Shown here: piece by piece, positions 15,911-26,494 of the stretch
How the letters are laid out: each line of letters begins with the position of its first letter
Position numbering within the stretch: the first letter of the stretch is position 1
Assembly (NCBI GenBank): GCA_021790255.1
Contig: JAJYIE010000004.1
Location: 1 to 53,876 of the forward strand
Reading direction: 5' to 3'
DNA from: a bacterium
GTDB taxonomy: Bacteria > Patescibacteriota > Microgenomatia > Daviesbacterales > UBA10151
DNA length: 53,876 nucleotides
The notes under the pieces: generated by a model
Told to the model about the DNA's origin: nothing
Database searches by the model: none
What the model saw: the letters and a program-made list of their open reading frames with translations, nothing else
Position numbers and translations under genes: made by a program

Positions 15911-17767
15911 GGCTGAGTTTTTAATCCGAAAAGGTACTCTGACTATAGCAAGAGTACCCGGGCCTTTCCTGCCTGTTGCCACCGCTTTTGTTTTCTCCTC
16001 TCCGATCCTTTTGATCTCTTTTTCCGTAAGGGTGTAAAAATGAAGGGAGGCGGGAATTTTTTGACCGCCGATTTCGATACTATGTCCTTCAATTATCTTC
16101 CAAGTATCATAAAGGCCAATTCCCCGCTCCGCTGCTGACTTGTGAGCTTTAGTAGAAATTCCGTATTTTTTAGTAACAACATCCCTGATTTCTTCCGGAA
16201 TCCCCACGCCTGTGTCTTCAATGATAATCTCAACAAAATTATAAGCTTCCTCCTCCTGTGCAGGAATAACCGCCCGGACAGACACCTTGTCTTCGCCTTC
16301 GGGCACAAAGCCCTGCCTTCTAACCAATTGCCCCACCCTTTCAGTAGTAGCTTCCAGAGCATTCTTTAGCAGGTTGCCAAAAGCTTTGCTTAATTGGGAG
16401 CGGTCACCAGGGATAGTCGGTAAATCAGCCGGAATGTTTCCTTCTAACTGAATACCGTTCTCCACCGACATCCCTTCATAAGATTTTACTATCCTCGATA
16501 ACAAGGTACTCATATTGACAGGGCTCTTTTTAATTCTCTCCGGGTTTAAAGGATACTCAAATTCTCCCCGCAGGCCAATAAGTATACCCTCAATCTCCCC
16601 CCTCAGCCGGTTGACATAGCTTCGTGGTTTGGCTAATTCATCAGCAGAAACCTCACCCGTCCCCTCGGCAGCCTGCATTGCTATAAGCAGATTTGCTATA
16701 GCTTCGCCAATACTGTTCACTTCCCTAAATATTGCAGAAGCGAAGTTATCGATAGCCATGGCTTGTTCTGATGTATCTTTCCCAATAATTACAAAGGGGT
16801 CGCGTCCCAGGCCTGCGCCTTTAACCACCCGGAAATCTTTCCAGCCATTATAGAAAATATCTTTCTGGTAAACATTGCGGTTGCCCCTTTTCATTTCCTC
16901 AAACCAGCTGATATTTAGTTCTTCCTCGCCTGACTCTCCTTGAGAAAGAAGGCTAACTATCGGAAAGCCAATCAACTCTTCACTACTCCGATCAAAAAGC
17001 TGCCTCATCTGCTCATTTACAGCCGTCAATCGGCCTCCGTTGTCCATCAAACCCAGCCCGTACGGAAGCATCTCAAACAAAGCTTGATACCGGACGCGGG
17101 CAGATAATTGTCCTCCTTCTGTTGTCAGGAGATATTTTACCCCTTTGGCGGCTTCTTCCGGAGGTACTGCTACCATACCTGTTCGCAGGTGAAGAGGGTG
17201 GGAACGCATCCCTTCATGCAGCATCTTCAAAAAGGTAAATGAGTCATTTTGCCTTTTGGCATATGCTTCGACATCTCTGAAAACCGGCCCATTCGGTTCT
17301 CTCCGACGCCTTACCTCTTCCAGAGAGGACGAAATTAAGCCCACCCATGATAACCTGTTTAACAAGTTGCCTGCTTCGTGGCCGGTACTGCTTTCAGCCC
17401 TCGCTTGCTTAGTCACATCCTCAACTGTAATTATTGTCGGTTCGTTAACCTGACCTCCTCCGACGTTGACACCCAGGAAACGATACCAATTTTTGTCAAA
17501 TTCACATTCCAGCTCAAAGACTTTTTGGATATTATATCTTTCACTCACGAAAGTCCTGTCGCTTACTTCAATAACTCCCCAAAGAGGGTTCTTCAGGCGC
17601 TTTTCTGCAGATAAACCAAAATTTTCTGCCATGGAAGCGTTTGCGTAGAGCACACCATGCCGGCGATCTATTAAAGCCACACCAACCGGCAGGCTGTTGA
17701 GAGCCTTCTTATAGGTCCTTTCAACCCGGGAATTTTCTCTAAAACGATCAGGATTTAATTCAGTCAT
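15902..17767 (-). CDS. Cytoplasmic PAS-domain sensor histidine kinase
   Basis: Two PAS-like starts (LNSLPVGVALID; FEMLPYGLGLMD); N-box FGNLLKNALEA; G1 IEDTGVGIP; G2 GIGL. Confidence 0.85.
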   Translation of the reverse strand: MTELNPDRFRENSRVERTYKKALNSLPVGVALIDRRHGVLYANASMAENFGLSAEKRLKNPLWGVIEVSDRTFVSERYNIQKVFELECEFDKNWYRFLGVNVGGGQVNEPTIITVEDVTKQARAESSTGHEAGNLLNRLSWVGLISSSLEEVRRRREPNGPVFRDVEAYAKRQNDSFTFLKMLHEGMRSHPLHLRTGMVAVPPEEAAKGVKYLLTTEGGQLSARVRYQALFEMLPYGLGLMDNGGRLTAVNEQMRQLFDRSSEELIGFPIVSLLSQGESGEEELNISWFEEMKRGNRNVYQKDIFYNGWKDFRVVKGAGLGRDPFVIIGKDTSEQAMAIDNFASAIFREVNSIGEAIANLLIAMQAAEGTGEVSADELAKPRSYVNRLRGEIEGILIGLRGEFEYPLNPERIKKSPVNMSTLLSRIVKSYEGMSVENGIQLEGNIPADLPTIPGDRSQLSKAFGNLLKNALEATTERVGQLVRRQGFVPEGEDKVSVRAVIPAQEEEAYNFVEIIIEDTGVGIPEEIRDVVTKKYGISTKAHKSAAERGIGLYDTWKIIEGHSIEIGGQKIPASLHFYTLTEKEIKRIGEEKTKAVATGRKGPGTLAIVRVPFRIKNSASF

Positions 17768-17867
17768 TTTTATTATGTGTTTAATTATTATCCTGTAGTA
17801 TATCACATAATGTTACATTTTTCAAAATATTACCCTGGGTATACCAGTCGTCCGAGATCAAACTGGA

Positions 17868-18650
17868 TTACCGGTTACGCTCATTACGAACAAAAAGGAA
17901 AGTTCCAAGGGTAATAAAAAGTAACAACATACATCCTATAATCAAAAGATCAATCGGTATGTTGTACAAAACCACCTTTGGATACTCCGGCTGCCCACTG
18001 TAAAATACCGAGCGCATCAGATCCACGGCATAAGTCATGGGGGAGAGGCGCGACAAAGCCCAAAGAAAGAACGGCAAATTTTTAATCGGATTAAACACCC
18101 CTGCCAGGAAAAATTGAGGAAAGATCAAAAAGGGGAAAATCTGGTTGGCGCTGCGCTGGTTAGACAAATTAGTCAAAACCAGCAAACCAAACGCTCCGCC
18201 CAAAAGACAGATAACTATTGCCACCGGCAACACAGCCAGTATTTGCCCCCATTCAAAAGACACCCCCAAAATCAAGCCAAAGGCAACAATCCCTACTCCC
18301 TGGACCAAAGCCACCAATGACTCACCGATGATTTTGCCGATAATAATTGAGTAGCGGGAAATGGGCGAAACAAACATCTCCTGCGAGAAATCACTTTCCC
18401 GATCCTCGATCAGAGAAATAATGCCGGAAGCTGTGGATTGAAAAAGGGTCTGCGCCAGTACCCCGGTAAAGGTAAAAGTTAGGAAATCAAAGCCGACCCG
18501 GCCGCTTAAATTCGACTGCAAACTGGTGCCTAAAATGCCGATGAAAAGTGCCGGGAAAATAAAGGTAGCCAGAATCCGCACCCGATCGTGGGTGAACTTG
18601 GAAAAATCCCGGAATGCAATGGCTGCTACCGCATTAATCTCCCTGTCCAT
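17868..18650 (-). CDS. ABC-2 type transporter permease
   Basis: Six TM segments; DRESDFSQEMFVSP; LAGVFNP...SPMTYAVD. Confidence 0.9.
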   Translation of the reverse strand: MDREINAVAAIAFRDFSKFTHDRVRILATFIFPALFIGILGTSLQSNLSGRVGFDFLTFTFTGVLAQTLFQSTASGIISLIEDRESDFSQEMFVSPISRYSIIIGKIIGESLVALVQGVGIVAFGLILGVSFEWGQILAVLPVAIVICLLGGAFGLLVLTNLSNQRSANQIFPFLIFPQFFLAGVFNPIKNLPFFLWALSRLSPMTYAVDLMRSVFYSGQPEYPKVVLYNIPIDLLIIGCMLLLFITLGTFLFVRNERNR

Positions 18651-19587
18651 CGCCGATAACCTCCAGGTATGCTTCTTCCAGAGTAGGAGCGTGAATACGC
18701 AGAAAATTTAACGGTGTATGCAGAGAAGCGATAATTTGTTGGGCGCTCTCACCATTTAAACCCACCCGTAAAACCCCGTCTTCCGCATATTTCAGCCGGC
18801 GGCGCGCCAGTTCTTTTTTAAGCATCTCCCGATTCTTCGCATCAAGCAGCAGATACTCCTCGGTTAAATCTTTTTTCAGCCTGGCCGGAGTCCCCGAGGC
18901 AACTATTTTACCGTGGTTGATAATACAAACATTGCTGGCCTTTTCTGCCTCTTCCAGGTAATGGGTAGTCAAAAAGATCGTTGTTTTCTTCTCCCTGCGG
19001 ATTAAGTTCAAATACTCCCAGAGGCTGCGCCTGCTCAAAGGATCCAGGCCGGATGTCGGCTCGTCTAAAAACAGCACCTTGGGTCTGTGCATCAGGCTAC
19101 GGACAATCTCCATCTTCCGCCTCATTCCTCCGGATAAAGTTTTGACTGGCCGGAAAATTTGCTCCTTGATTCCCAAAACATCAGCCAGCTCCTCCACCTC
19201 CATGCGATAGCCCTCCGGCATAAGAGTGAAAGCCGGGCGGAAAGGGTAAAGCCCATAAAGGACAGCATGCAGGCGGATATTTTCCTCCCCGGTTAAGTTT
19301 TGATCCAGGCTGGGGTTTTGAAAAATAATACCTAAATTTTGCCTGACCATGGCCGGCTCATGGTCTATATCATACCCGGCAATTTTCACCAGGCCGGATG
19401 TTTTTGACATGGTGGTGGTAAGGATAGAGATCGTGGTGGTTTTGCCCGCTCCGTTTGGTCCCAAAAAAGCAAAAAACCCCCCGGGCTCAATTGTGAAAGA
19501 CACCCCGTCAACAGCGTTTTTATCTACCTTACGGTATTTTTTGACCAAATTTTTAACCAATACCACCGCACTCTTTTGCTTATCCAT
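18634..19587 (-). CDS. ABC transporter ATP-binding protein (DrrA-like)
   Basis: GPNGAGKTT, LSGGM, LFLDEPTSGLDP, TTHYLEEA. Confidence 0.93.
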   Translation of the reverse strand: MDKQKSAVVLVKNLVKKYRKVDKNAVDGVSFTIEPGGFFAFLGPNGAGKTTTISILTTTMSKTSGLVKIAGYDIDHEPAMVRQNLGIIFQNPSLDQNLTGEENIRLHAVLYGLYPFRPAFTLMPEGYRMEVEELADVLGIKEQIFRPVKTLSGGMRRKMEIVRSLMHRPKVLFLDEPTSGLDPLSRRSLWEYLNLIRREKKTTIFLTTHYLEEAEKASNVCIINHGKIVASGTPARLKKDLTEEYLLLDAKNREMLKKELARRRLKYAEDGVLRVGLNGESAQQIIASLHTPLNFLRIHAPTLEEAYLEVIGDGQGD

Positions 19588-19661
19588 AAGCCTGGAAAAA
19601 ATCCCGAAGTATTATATTAGCACCGGGGAAATTTTAAAACAGCCATCCAGGTCACAATTTT

Positions 19662-20648
19662 TTATGCGGCTTTATCCCCGAGGAAACCGCTGCCGATTAT
19701 AACCAGTTTCCCGCCTAGATTTATTTCAGGCACCACAAGCTCGCTTATCTGATTCACTTCAGCCGTAGCTACCTGTGCCGGAGCAGGAGCCAAATCCGGA
19801 GCAGCCGGAACCGGATCTAAGGAAGGTGGCGGGTTTGATTCTGTCTGAGCCGGTTTGAAGTTATCAGGGGCCCGAGATGCCCACCAGGGGAATTCAACAA
19901 TCTTATGACCCAGGTCCTCCGTCGGCAAAAACCCTACCGAGGCTTCTTTCTCTGAGGGTGCAACCGCATCTGCCCCGGCAGTGATAACCGAATCATTATC
20001 CGGCTTATATGATTGTGGATGCTCAAGCAGCGCCGGCTCCCCTGCTGCGATTTTTTCTTCTTTCGGTGCAAAAAAAACTAAAGCTTCCACAAAGTCAGCT
20101 TTTTCTCCCAAGGGCCTGGTTAAATCGGGCGAATTCCCCCATTTATCCAGGGCATTTTCTCCCAAATCTGTTGGCGCAGGAGAAGGCAAAAATCCCATGG
20201 TGGAGGGAACGGCGGGCCGACTTAACTCGGATTGCCGACGGTATGCCGCCAGTAAGTTCCCCTGCGGATCATCAACTGCTTCGTGAAGTAGTCCCTCCTG
20301 CTCTTCCACGGGAGCCTCGCCGGAAACAATATCAAAACCATAGTTGTGAGAGCTATCCCTTAAACCGTTCGCCATGTCTTCAAAAGGAATGCCGGGTTTG
20401 GTTTCATCATCGTGGGTAGCCATCAAAGCCTCTGCCGCCCTTTTTATAGCCACAGCATCTCCAGGGGTTATCTCCCTCTGGTTAAATTTATAAACTTTAA
20501 AGCGGGTCGGCCGCCTGTCTTTGTTGATCGGAATTAGCCGTTTTTGTTCATTCTGATCTTTATGCACCGCAGTGTTGTCAGAAATTCCCGGCAGAGGAGC
20601 CTGGCCGGTTAAAATTGCCATTACCTTTGTTTGTTCAGAAATAGCCAT
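19662..20648 (-). CDS. Hypothetical protein, Pro/Ala/acidic-rich
   Basis: 328-aa ORF with no recognised motif. Confidence 0.6.
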   Translation of the reverse strand: MAISEQTKVMAILTGQAPLPGISDNTAVHKDQNEQKRLIPINKDRRPTRFKVYKFNQREITPGDAVAIKRAAEALMATHDDETKPGIPFEDMANGLRDSSHNYGFDIVSGEAPVEEQEGLLHEAVDDPQGNLLAAYRRQSELSRPAVPSTMGFLPSPAPTDLGENALDKWGNSPDLTRPLGEKADFVEALVFFAPKEEKIAAGEPALLEHPQSYKPDNDSVITAGADAVAPSEKEASVGFLPTEDLGHKIVEFPWWASRAPDNFKPAQTESNPPPSLDPVPAAPDLAPAPAQVATAEVNQISELVVPEINLGGKLVIIGSGFLGDKAA

Positions 20649-20657
20649 ACCTTAGGG

Positions 20658-21575
20658 CTAATTATACTCCTTTTTGCCCTTTCCTGCCATATTACTATGA
20701 GATACTGGTTTTTTCAGCAGTTCAATTACCGTGCTGATATCTTCATCGGCCAGTCCAGTTTCTTTGCCCCGGATGTAAAGCTTTTCCGCAATTTCCAGGA
20801 TAGGGAACTCTCCGGCTCCTGAGTGCGAATCCGTTAAGGCTAGTTTTAAGTCTTTTTGCAGATTGGATACGGAAAAGGCCAGCGGATACCTGCCGGACAC
20901 AAGACCCGGCATCTTCATCTTCATATAGGGTGACACCACCGGGACATCCGCTAAAAACTGCTCCACCTGGTCCATGGATAATCCCAAACGCTGCGCCAAC
21001 AGCATTCCTTCTGCAAGAGCTACCAAAGTTTCCCCCACCAGCAGATTATTAACTAATTTGATAGCCTGGCCTGAGCCCGAGGGCCCGATATAAAAAACGT
21101 TTGTCCCCATTGCCGAGAGAACATTTTTGGCACAGTCAAAAACTTTTCTTTCTCCCCCGACAAAAATTGTCAGCTCTCCGGATATTGCCTTGGGGGTGCT
21201 GCCGGTTACAGGAGCATCTAGGAAGTCCATCCCTTTTTTGGCCAGGGTTGCTTCCACCTCCCGGGCTGCCGCCGGGCCAATGGTACTCATATCAATGATA
21301 ATTGTTCCCTTCTCTGCTCCCGCCGCTGCGCCATCTTCTTCCAGTATCACTTCTTTGACATCTGAAGGCCCGGTTACCATTGAAATTATCACATCACAAT
21401 TTCCAGCCAGCTCCTTCGGGGTCTGGTAGAAAGGCACATTTTTGCGGCGAAACTGTTCAGCTTTCTCCGGCGTACGATTGTAAACGCTCAGAGGAAAACC
21501 TTTGCGTAAAATATTTCCAGCCATCGGCGCCCCCATTAACCCCAGGCCAATGAAGCCTACCCGCTGTTTTTCCAT
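20658..21575 (-). CDS. NAD(P)-dependent beta-hydroxyacid dehydrogenase (3-hydroxyisobutyrate / tartronate semialdehyde reductase family)
   Basis: GFIGLGLMG, FLDAPVTGS, GSGQAIKLVNN, KDL motifs. Confidence 0.9.
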   Translation of the reverse strand: MEKQRVGFIGLGLMGAPMAGNILRKGFPLSVYNRTPEKAEQFRRKNVPFYQTPKELAGNCDVIISMVTGPSDVKEVILEEDGAAAGAEKGTIIIDMSTIGPAAAREVEATLAKKGMDFLDAPVTGSTPKAISGELTIFVGGERKVFDCAKNVLSAMGTNVFYIGPSGSGQAIKLVNNLLVGETLVALAEGMLLAQRLGLSMDQVEQFLADVPVVSPYMKMKMPGLVSGRYPLAFSVSNLQKDLKLALTDSHSGAGEFPILEIAEKLYIRGKETGLADEDISTVIELLKKPVSHSNMAGKGKKEYN

Positions 21576-22134
21576 ATGCCCAAGTTTATAGCAGATTATC
21601 GGGTTTGTATATAACTCAGCTTACCGCACCACTTTCCAACGGGCACAACTATAACCCAGATTATAAAAACTCATACCTGCCTGTAGTATTTTTGTTTTTC
21701 AAGGAGCATTTAACGGGCGAAAGGGATTATATTTCTACCTCTGTCCCCGATTCCATCGGGGCCGGTGCCACCTCTTTAAGGGCTTAGCTGGAACGAAAGA
21801 TGACCCTTTTATCCGGTTGGATGTTAAATTATAACTTCCGGTCTTTGAGAACGGATATTTTTAACTCCTGGGAAATCACCCTGCGGGCTTATTTTACCAC
21901 CCCCCCCTCCCACCGGGAGCGGCTTGAGTACACTTACTAACTTTCCATGCCCCATAGCCAGCCCGAGAGGTACTCTGCTTATATTAAACAACTGGGCCGT
22001 CCGGCCGCTGAAAAAGAATTAAGGGGTATCAACCTGTAGCCGGCTCTTCCCACGGTTTTATCCCATTTTAATTATTTCCTGGAAAATCTGTGCGCAACTT
22101 TCTTTCAGGGGAAAGCAAACTGGCATCTTAAAGT

Positions 22135-22581
22135 CTAGTTGGCCACCTGTTCATCAATGGAATGGCGGGGGGCTTCGGACATCTCCCCTGTGCGCCAGTT
22201 AAATTTTAAGGGCTTGCCGAAGATATAAAGAGCGGCATACTTGGCCTTCTCATCCACCGGGTAATCGAAACCCATAATCAACTTTTCAATATCCCCATCA
22301 GAGGCAGTAAGAGGCAGTGGCAGGGCAGCGGAAAATTCCCATTCGCCGCTCTTTTTATCAAAAAAGGCCGGAGTTGCAAGCAGCATATACGGCTTGGGGT
22401 TATCCGCCACCAGCCAAAACCAGCGGCTGCGGTCAATCTTCCGGCTAAGGCTGGATTTACACCAGTATTTCCTTTTCAGAGGGTAGAGGGAATAGAAAAC
22501 AACCGGTAGTAGGATCAGAGTAGGAGGAACTTTTACCATAATATTCCCGCTGTCACGAAGCTGGGCCAGGATATGTTCCAT
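22135..22581 (-). CDS. Hypothetical protein (frame stays open upstream to about 22730; start uncertain)
   Basis: 148-aa ORF; the upstream in-frame sequence is protein-like. Confidence 0.5.
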   Translation of the reverse strand: MEHILAQLRDSGNIMVKVPPTLILLPVVFYSLYPLKRKYWCKSSLSRKIDRSRWFWLVADNPKPYMLLATPAFFDKKSGEWEFSAALPLPLTASDGDIEKLIMGFDYPVDEKAKYAALYIFGKPLKFNWRTGEMSEAPRHSIDEQVAN

Positions 22582-22769
22582 ATCAATGCGGACATCCTCC
22601 TTGGAAGTATACAGGCTATTTAAAGGCAGGATGAAAGAAATATCTTCTTTATCCTTATTTACTAAAAAAATTAAGGCCGCCAGCGCTTTTTGGGGAAAAT
22701 CCGGCTTAAGGTAACAAAATTTTTGATGTTTTCCACCGAATTATCTTACCATAAAAAGGCTTATAGGCA

Positions 22770-23420
22770 CTAATCATTTGCCAGTTGGCTGGTGAAACCG
22801 CGCCTGACCAACTCCTCGTAAGCCTGCCATACCTCATCCGGAATTTCTTGTGAAACAGCAAATTCTTTCTCTGCATAAAGTTTAATCCGCTGGGTATCCT
22901 CGACCACGATGTTAATCGTATCCTCATCCGCAATATCTGCCGTCCGGTAGTTTTCAAAGTCCAGTTGTGGTCCGGTCATCAAAGCTTCCACCATGGGGAA
23001 GTTTTTCTTAAATACAGCCAGTGCCCGCCTTTCCATGTAAGGTTTATGAACGAGGATTACCCTATTTAAATCAACTCGTTTCCTCTGTAAAAGTTTCATA
23101 GAAAAAACAACATTCTCTGCCGTATTTGTGGATTTGTTTTCAATAATCATTTTCTTCTGCGGCACCCCCATCTTCCGGGCAACGTCCGCAAACATTTCTG
23201 CTTCCGGTTTAGTCCATTCCTTGGCTGTCAGCCGGCCAAAACCACCGGAAAAAACAATCACCGGGGCCAAACCCTGCAGGAAAATTTCCGCGCCCCTGCC
23301 CGCCACCCGAATATCATGACTACCCAAAACAATAATGGCATTTGACTTTTCCAAAGGAGAATCAATGTTGTTGTAATCCCAAAGGATTTTGGCCAGTTCT
23401 ACATCACTCCTTCTGTCCAT
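22770..23420 (-). CDS. YdcF family (DUF218) protein
   Basis: AIIVLGSHD, FSGG, ENKSTNTAENV, VHKPYMERRA. Confidence 0.88.
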   Translation of the reverse strand: MDRRSDVELAKILWDYNNIDSPLEKSNAIIVLGSHDIRVAGRGAEIFLQGLAPVIVFSGGFGRLTAKEWTKPEAEMFADVARKMGVPQKKMIIENKSTNTAENVVFSMKLLQRKRVDLNRVILVHKPYMERRALAVFKKNFPMVEALMTGPQLDFENYRTADIADEDTINIVVEDTQRIKLYAEKEFAVSQEIPDEVWQAYEELVRRGFTSQLAND

Positions 23421-23569
23421 ACAGCCTCCTTAACAGCCCAACAACATCTGCTGAGATACCAAAGATTATACCAGTTTCTGCTCCAGGCCCAGCATTTTAC
23501 AGCTTCTTTTTAACATGATCTTTACTTGATCTTTACGAAATTTAAACAAAAATAGAGTAAAAATTTACC

Positions 23570-24064
23570 ATGAGCCTGCCAAAATCAGCCCTGTTTCTGC
23601 CGGCATCGCTCATTTTTTTTGCTCTCCCCGGGCCAGCATTTGCTTCAACCAGCGTGAATATTTCCGGCAATGCTAACGACTCAACCAACCAGGTCAGCGT
23701 CAACAATACCGTCTTCTCATCGGTAAATAGCGGCATCAGGAGCAACAGCCAAACTGACATCCGTATCGACACCAATGGGCAGGTAAAAGAATATCGCGGC
23801 AGCAGCCAGGATATAAACTTACAATCAGGCAGCGGCAACAGCAGCGTTTCTGTTTCAAACAGTATCAACAACTCTGCCGTATCAACTCCGGCCGGTTCAG
23901 GCAGAGGTGACGAAAATAGTAAAGTTACTCCTCCGGTTTACCCCTCACCCGCCCTTTGGTTTCAGCAGTCAAACTCATCAGGAAACGGCAACCGCAACTT
24001 TAACCTGGGGGAGTTTGTCCGTCAGCAGATCGCCTCGATATTCCAATTTTTCCACCTGGAATAA
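23570..24064 (+). CDS. Secreted Ser/Asn-rich hypothetical protein
   Basis: Signal peptide ending AFA; S/N-rich body. Confidence 0.7.
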   Translation: MSLPKSALFLPASLIFFALPGPAFASTSVNISGNANDSTNQVSVNNTVFSSVNSGIRSNSQTDIRIDTNGQVKEYRGSSQDINLQSGSGNSSVSVSNSINNSAVSTPAGSGRGDENSKVTPPVYPSPALWFQQSNSSGNGNRNFNLGEFVRQQIASIFQFFHLE

Positions 24065-24159
24065 TTGCCTTTTTCTTACCAAAATGTGTTTCTTTCCTTA
24101 ACCACCGGGCGTAATATTCCTCGTCATAGACAAGGTTTGCCGGCACAAAGTATTTACAA

Positions 24160-24701
24160 ACGCAGATATGGTGCAGATATTGAAAAAACCTCATCTGAAT
24201 GATTCCTGCCCATTATCGGCCCCATTAAGGGACAAATTCTGATTATCCTGATCCGCAAATATAAACCCAAAAAAATTTTGGAGATCGGCACACTGGTGGG
24301 TTATTCTTCAATTTTAATGACCCAGAATCTTCCCCCGGGCGGAAAAATTACAACGCTGGAAATAAACTCCGAGTTGGCTAAAATAGCCCGGGACAATATC
24401 AAAAAAGCCGGTTTAACCGGTAAAATCAAGGTACAAACCGGCAATGCGATGGATAACATTAAAAAAATTCGCAGCTCTGTTGATCTATTATTCCTTGATG
24501 CCACCAAAGAAGAATATTTTGCGTACCTGAGGGAGGCGGAGAAGATACTTTCTCCTCGGGCCCTGGTGGTTGCCGACAATGTCGGTCTCTTTGCTGAGCA
24601 AATGGCTGATTTCTTAGGTTATATCAGGGGGAAGCGGCAGGTATAAAAGCGAAACCATTAATTTCGGAAGAGACAGTGTGGAGATATCCATGCGAAGGTA
24701 A
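24160..24701 (+). pseudogene. SAM-dependent O-methyltransferase (family 3/COMT-like), disrupted
   Basis: FLPIIGP...ILEIGTLVGYS, FLDA, VADN motifs; in-frame TGA at 24200; the C-terminus shifts frame in the G-run near 24627. Confidence 0.75.
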
Positions 24702-24708
24702 GGCAGGA

Positions 24709-25050
24709 TTAGCGGATCAGGTTAAAATGCAAATCTGCCAGAGGAGCCTCTGGCTGGCTGCCCAAAACAATCAGGCCCATTCCTTCCGCCTCCCAGATAG
24801 TGACAGTGTTGCTTTGGTTAAAAAATGTGTTGTTGCCTGCCACTCGGCTGCTGAGATATCCGGGCAGCGCCCGGCTGACATCTTGTTTTTTTCCAAGCGA
24901 GCCGCCTATGGAAAAGTTCCAGTCCGTGGAAGGAATACGCAAAGTTGCCCCCACTCCCACACTGGTGTTCACCAGCACTAAAATAATACCGAAGATTAAG
25001 ACTATGAAAAAGAGGGACAATCCTCCGCCCACTCTCCCCGGACGCGCCAT
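24709..25050 (-). CDS. Hypothetical membrane-anchored protein
   Basis: N-terminal TM segment, 113 aa. Confidence 0.6.
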   Translation of the reverse strand: MARPGRVGGGLSLFFIVLIFGIILVLVNTSVGVGATLRIPSTDWNFSIGGSLGKKQDVSRALPGYLSSRVAGNNTFFNQSNTVTIWEAEGMGLIVLGSQPEAPLADLHFNLIR

Positions 25051-25125
25051 AAAAATATATTAACACAAAGCCGGAGTTGGGTAAAATAATCTGACTTACC
25101 CAGAGTAGTTTGTATCGTATGTAAA

Positions 25126-25147
25126 CCCGCCGGGTCTCCCCGGCGGG
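25126..25147 (-). terminator. Hairpin terminator downstream of 25178 gene
   Basis: CCCGCCGGG-TCTC-CCCGGCGGG, 9-bp stem. Confidence 0.7.
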
Positions 25148-25177
25148 CTATTTACAAGCAAGGCAGTTTACTTGCCT

Positions 25178-26299
25178 TTACTTCAGCTGGTAGATATTAA
25201 CTGTCAGGTAACCAGAATTATCACCATACCAGCCCAGACTTGGTTGGGGATTAGCAACAGCAGAATTTCCGTCAAAAATCCGGAAATTGACTGTCGAACC
25301 AGTTCCTACTGTGTAGTAGCTATAATCATGATTGGGATTATAGGCACCCCAATTAACAAACCCATCATTAACCTGTAGCTTAAATTCGTTAGAACCCAAG
25401 CCGGGCCAGCCCTCAGAATACGTAGACCAACCATTTGTACTCATGTATTGGGCATCAGCTGTGTTAAAGACGTTGTTTTGCCAAGTACCGCTTACATTAA
25501 ACCTATAGAGGCTGTCGGGGTCAAGCGAAACTGTCGAGTTACTCCCATTCATATTTGCAGAGTTAATAAATATGGTCTCTACATCTTGGTAAGTAGGAAC
25601 AGAAATGCTGTAATCCTCCAGGTTAAATACCGCGTTGTTATCGTTTGCTACTCCACTTGCATATCTGCAAGAACTTCCAAAAGCTAGACCGAGTTGTTTG
25701 ATATTTTTAATGGCACTGGTAAACCCATCATAGGGAGAGGTCGCAACAATATCACCTTGCAATTCTTTCCAATTTATCCCGGTATCAGTGGCTGGCTTGC
25801 CGGATTGATTAATCCAGTGCGCCCGATCATCAAGCGGCGCCATTACCGTCCCTGATTGTTGTTTGTTAAGATCAAACACCTGACCCGTGTACCGCCAATA
25901 ATCATTGGAGTTATAGGTCCCAGAGGTGGTATCTTGAAGTTCTATCCTCCCATAAGCTCCTCCGCAATTTTGGGAACGAGTAGTATAACCATCGGATTTA
26001 TTCCAATCTGCAGTTACTTTTATGGCTTTATCTGTTAAGTCATTATTATAATTCCCCAACATGTAGACCATATACCCGTCAGCCGAAGCGGGGAGAGTAA
26101 AGCTTGCTACACCACCCGAGTATGACGGATGGCTGGTCATAAAGTTTGTACCACCGTTTGGCAAAGTAACGACATCCAGAAGCCTCCACTGGTTGCCGGT
26201 CAGGTTTGTTTTTTGGGTAGCGAACACCGGCGCAGTAACGAAAGCGCCGGCTATAAACACACCAGCGAAGCTGCCGGCTAAAAACTTCTTCAAATCCAT
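25178..26299 (-). CDS. Secreted beta-rich protein (possible carbohydrate-binding C-terminal domain)
   Basis: GAGGAGGTGA SD before MDLKK; signal peptide ending VFA; aromatic/Gly/Asn-rich. Confidence 0.75.
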   Translation of the reverse strand: MDLKKFLAGSFAGVFIAGAFVTAPVFATQKTNLTGNQWRLLDVVTLPNGGTNFMTSHPSYSGGVASFTLPASADGYMVYMLGNYNNDLTDKAIKVTADWNKSDGYTTRSQNCGGAYGRIELQDTTSGTYNSNDYWRYTGQVFDLNKQQSGTVMAPLDDRAHWINQSGKPATDTGINWKELQGDIVATSPYDGFTSAIKNIKQLGLAFGSSCRYASGVANDNNAVFNLEDYSISVPTYQDVETIFINSANMNGSNSTVSLDPDSLYRFNVSGTWQNNVFNTADAQYMSTNGWSTYSEGWPGLGSNEFKLQVNDGFVNWGAYNPNHDYSYYTVGTGSTVNFRIFDGNSAVANPQPSLGWYGDNSGYLTVNIYQLK

Positions 26300-26494
26300 T
26301 TTTCTCACCTCCTCACTTTGAAAAAATCGCACATTTACCATAAAACCGATAGAACTAATTTGTCAACATCAGATATTTAATATCTTCTGCCTTGTAATTT
26401 TCCTTACTGCTGATTTTTCCCTGCAGCGGTAATATCAAGTGGATTAGGATAAAAGCATGACCGCTCGCCAAGTTTGTGTTAAGATTGTTTCGGG

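Noticed and set aside
21600-22130. 530-bp gap with protein-like stretches and a C-run
   Set aside because: All frames are interrupted, no family motif is recognised and no convincing RNA structure was found. It may be a decayed gene but I cannot support a call.
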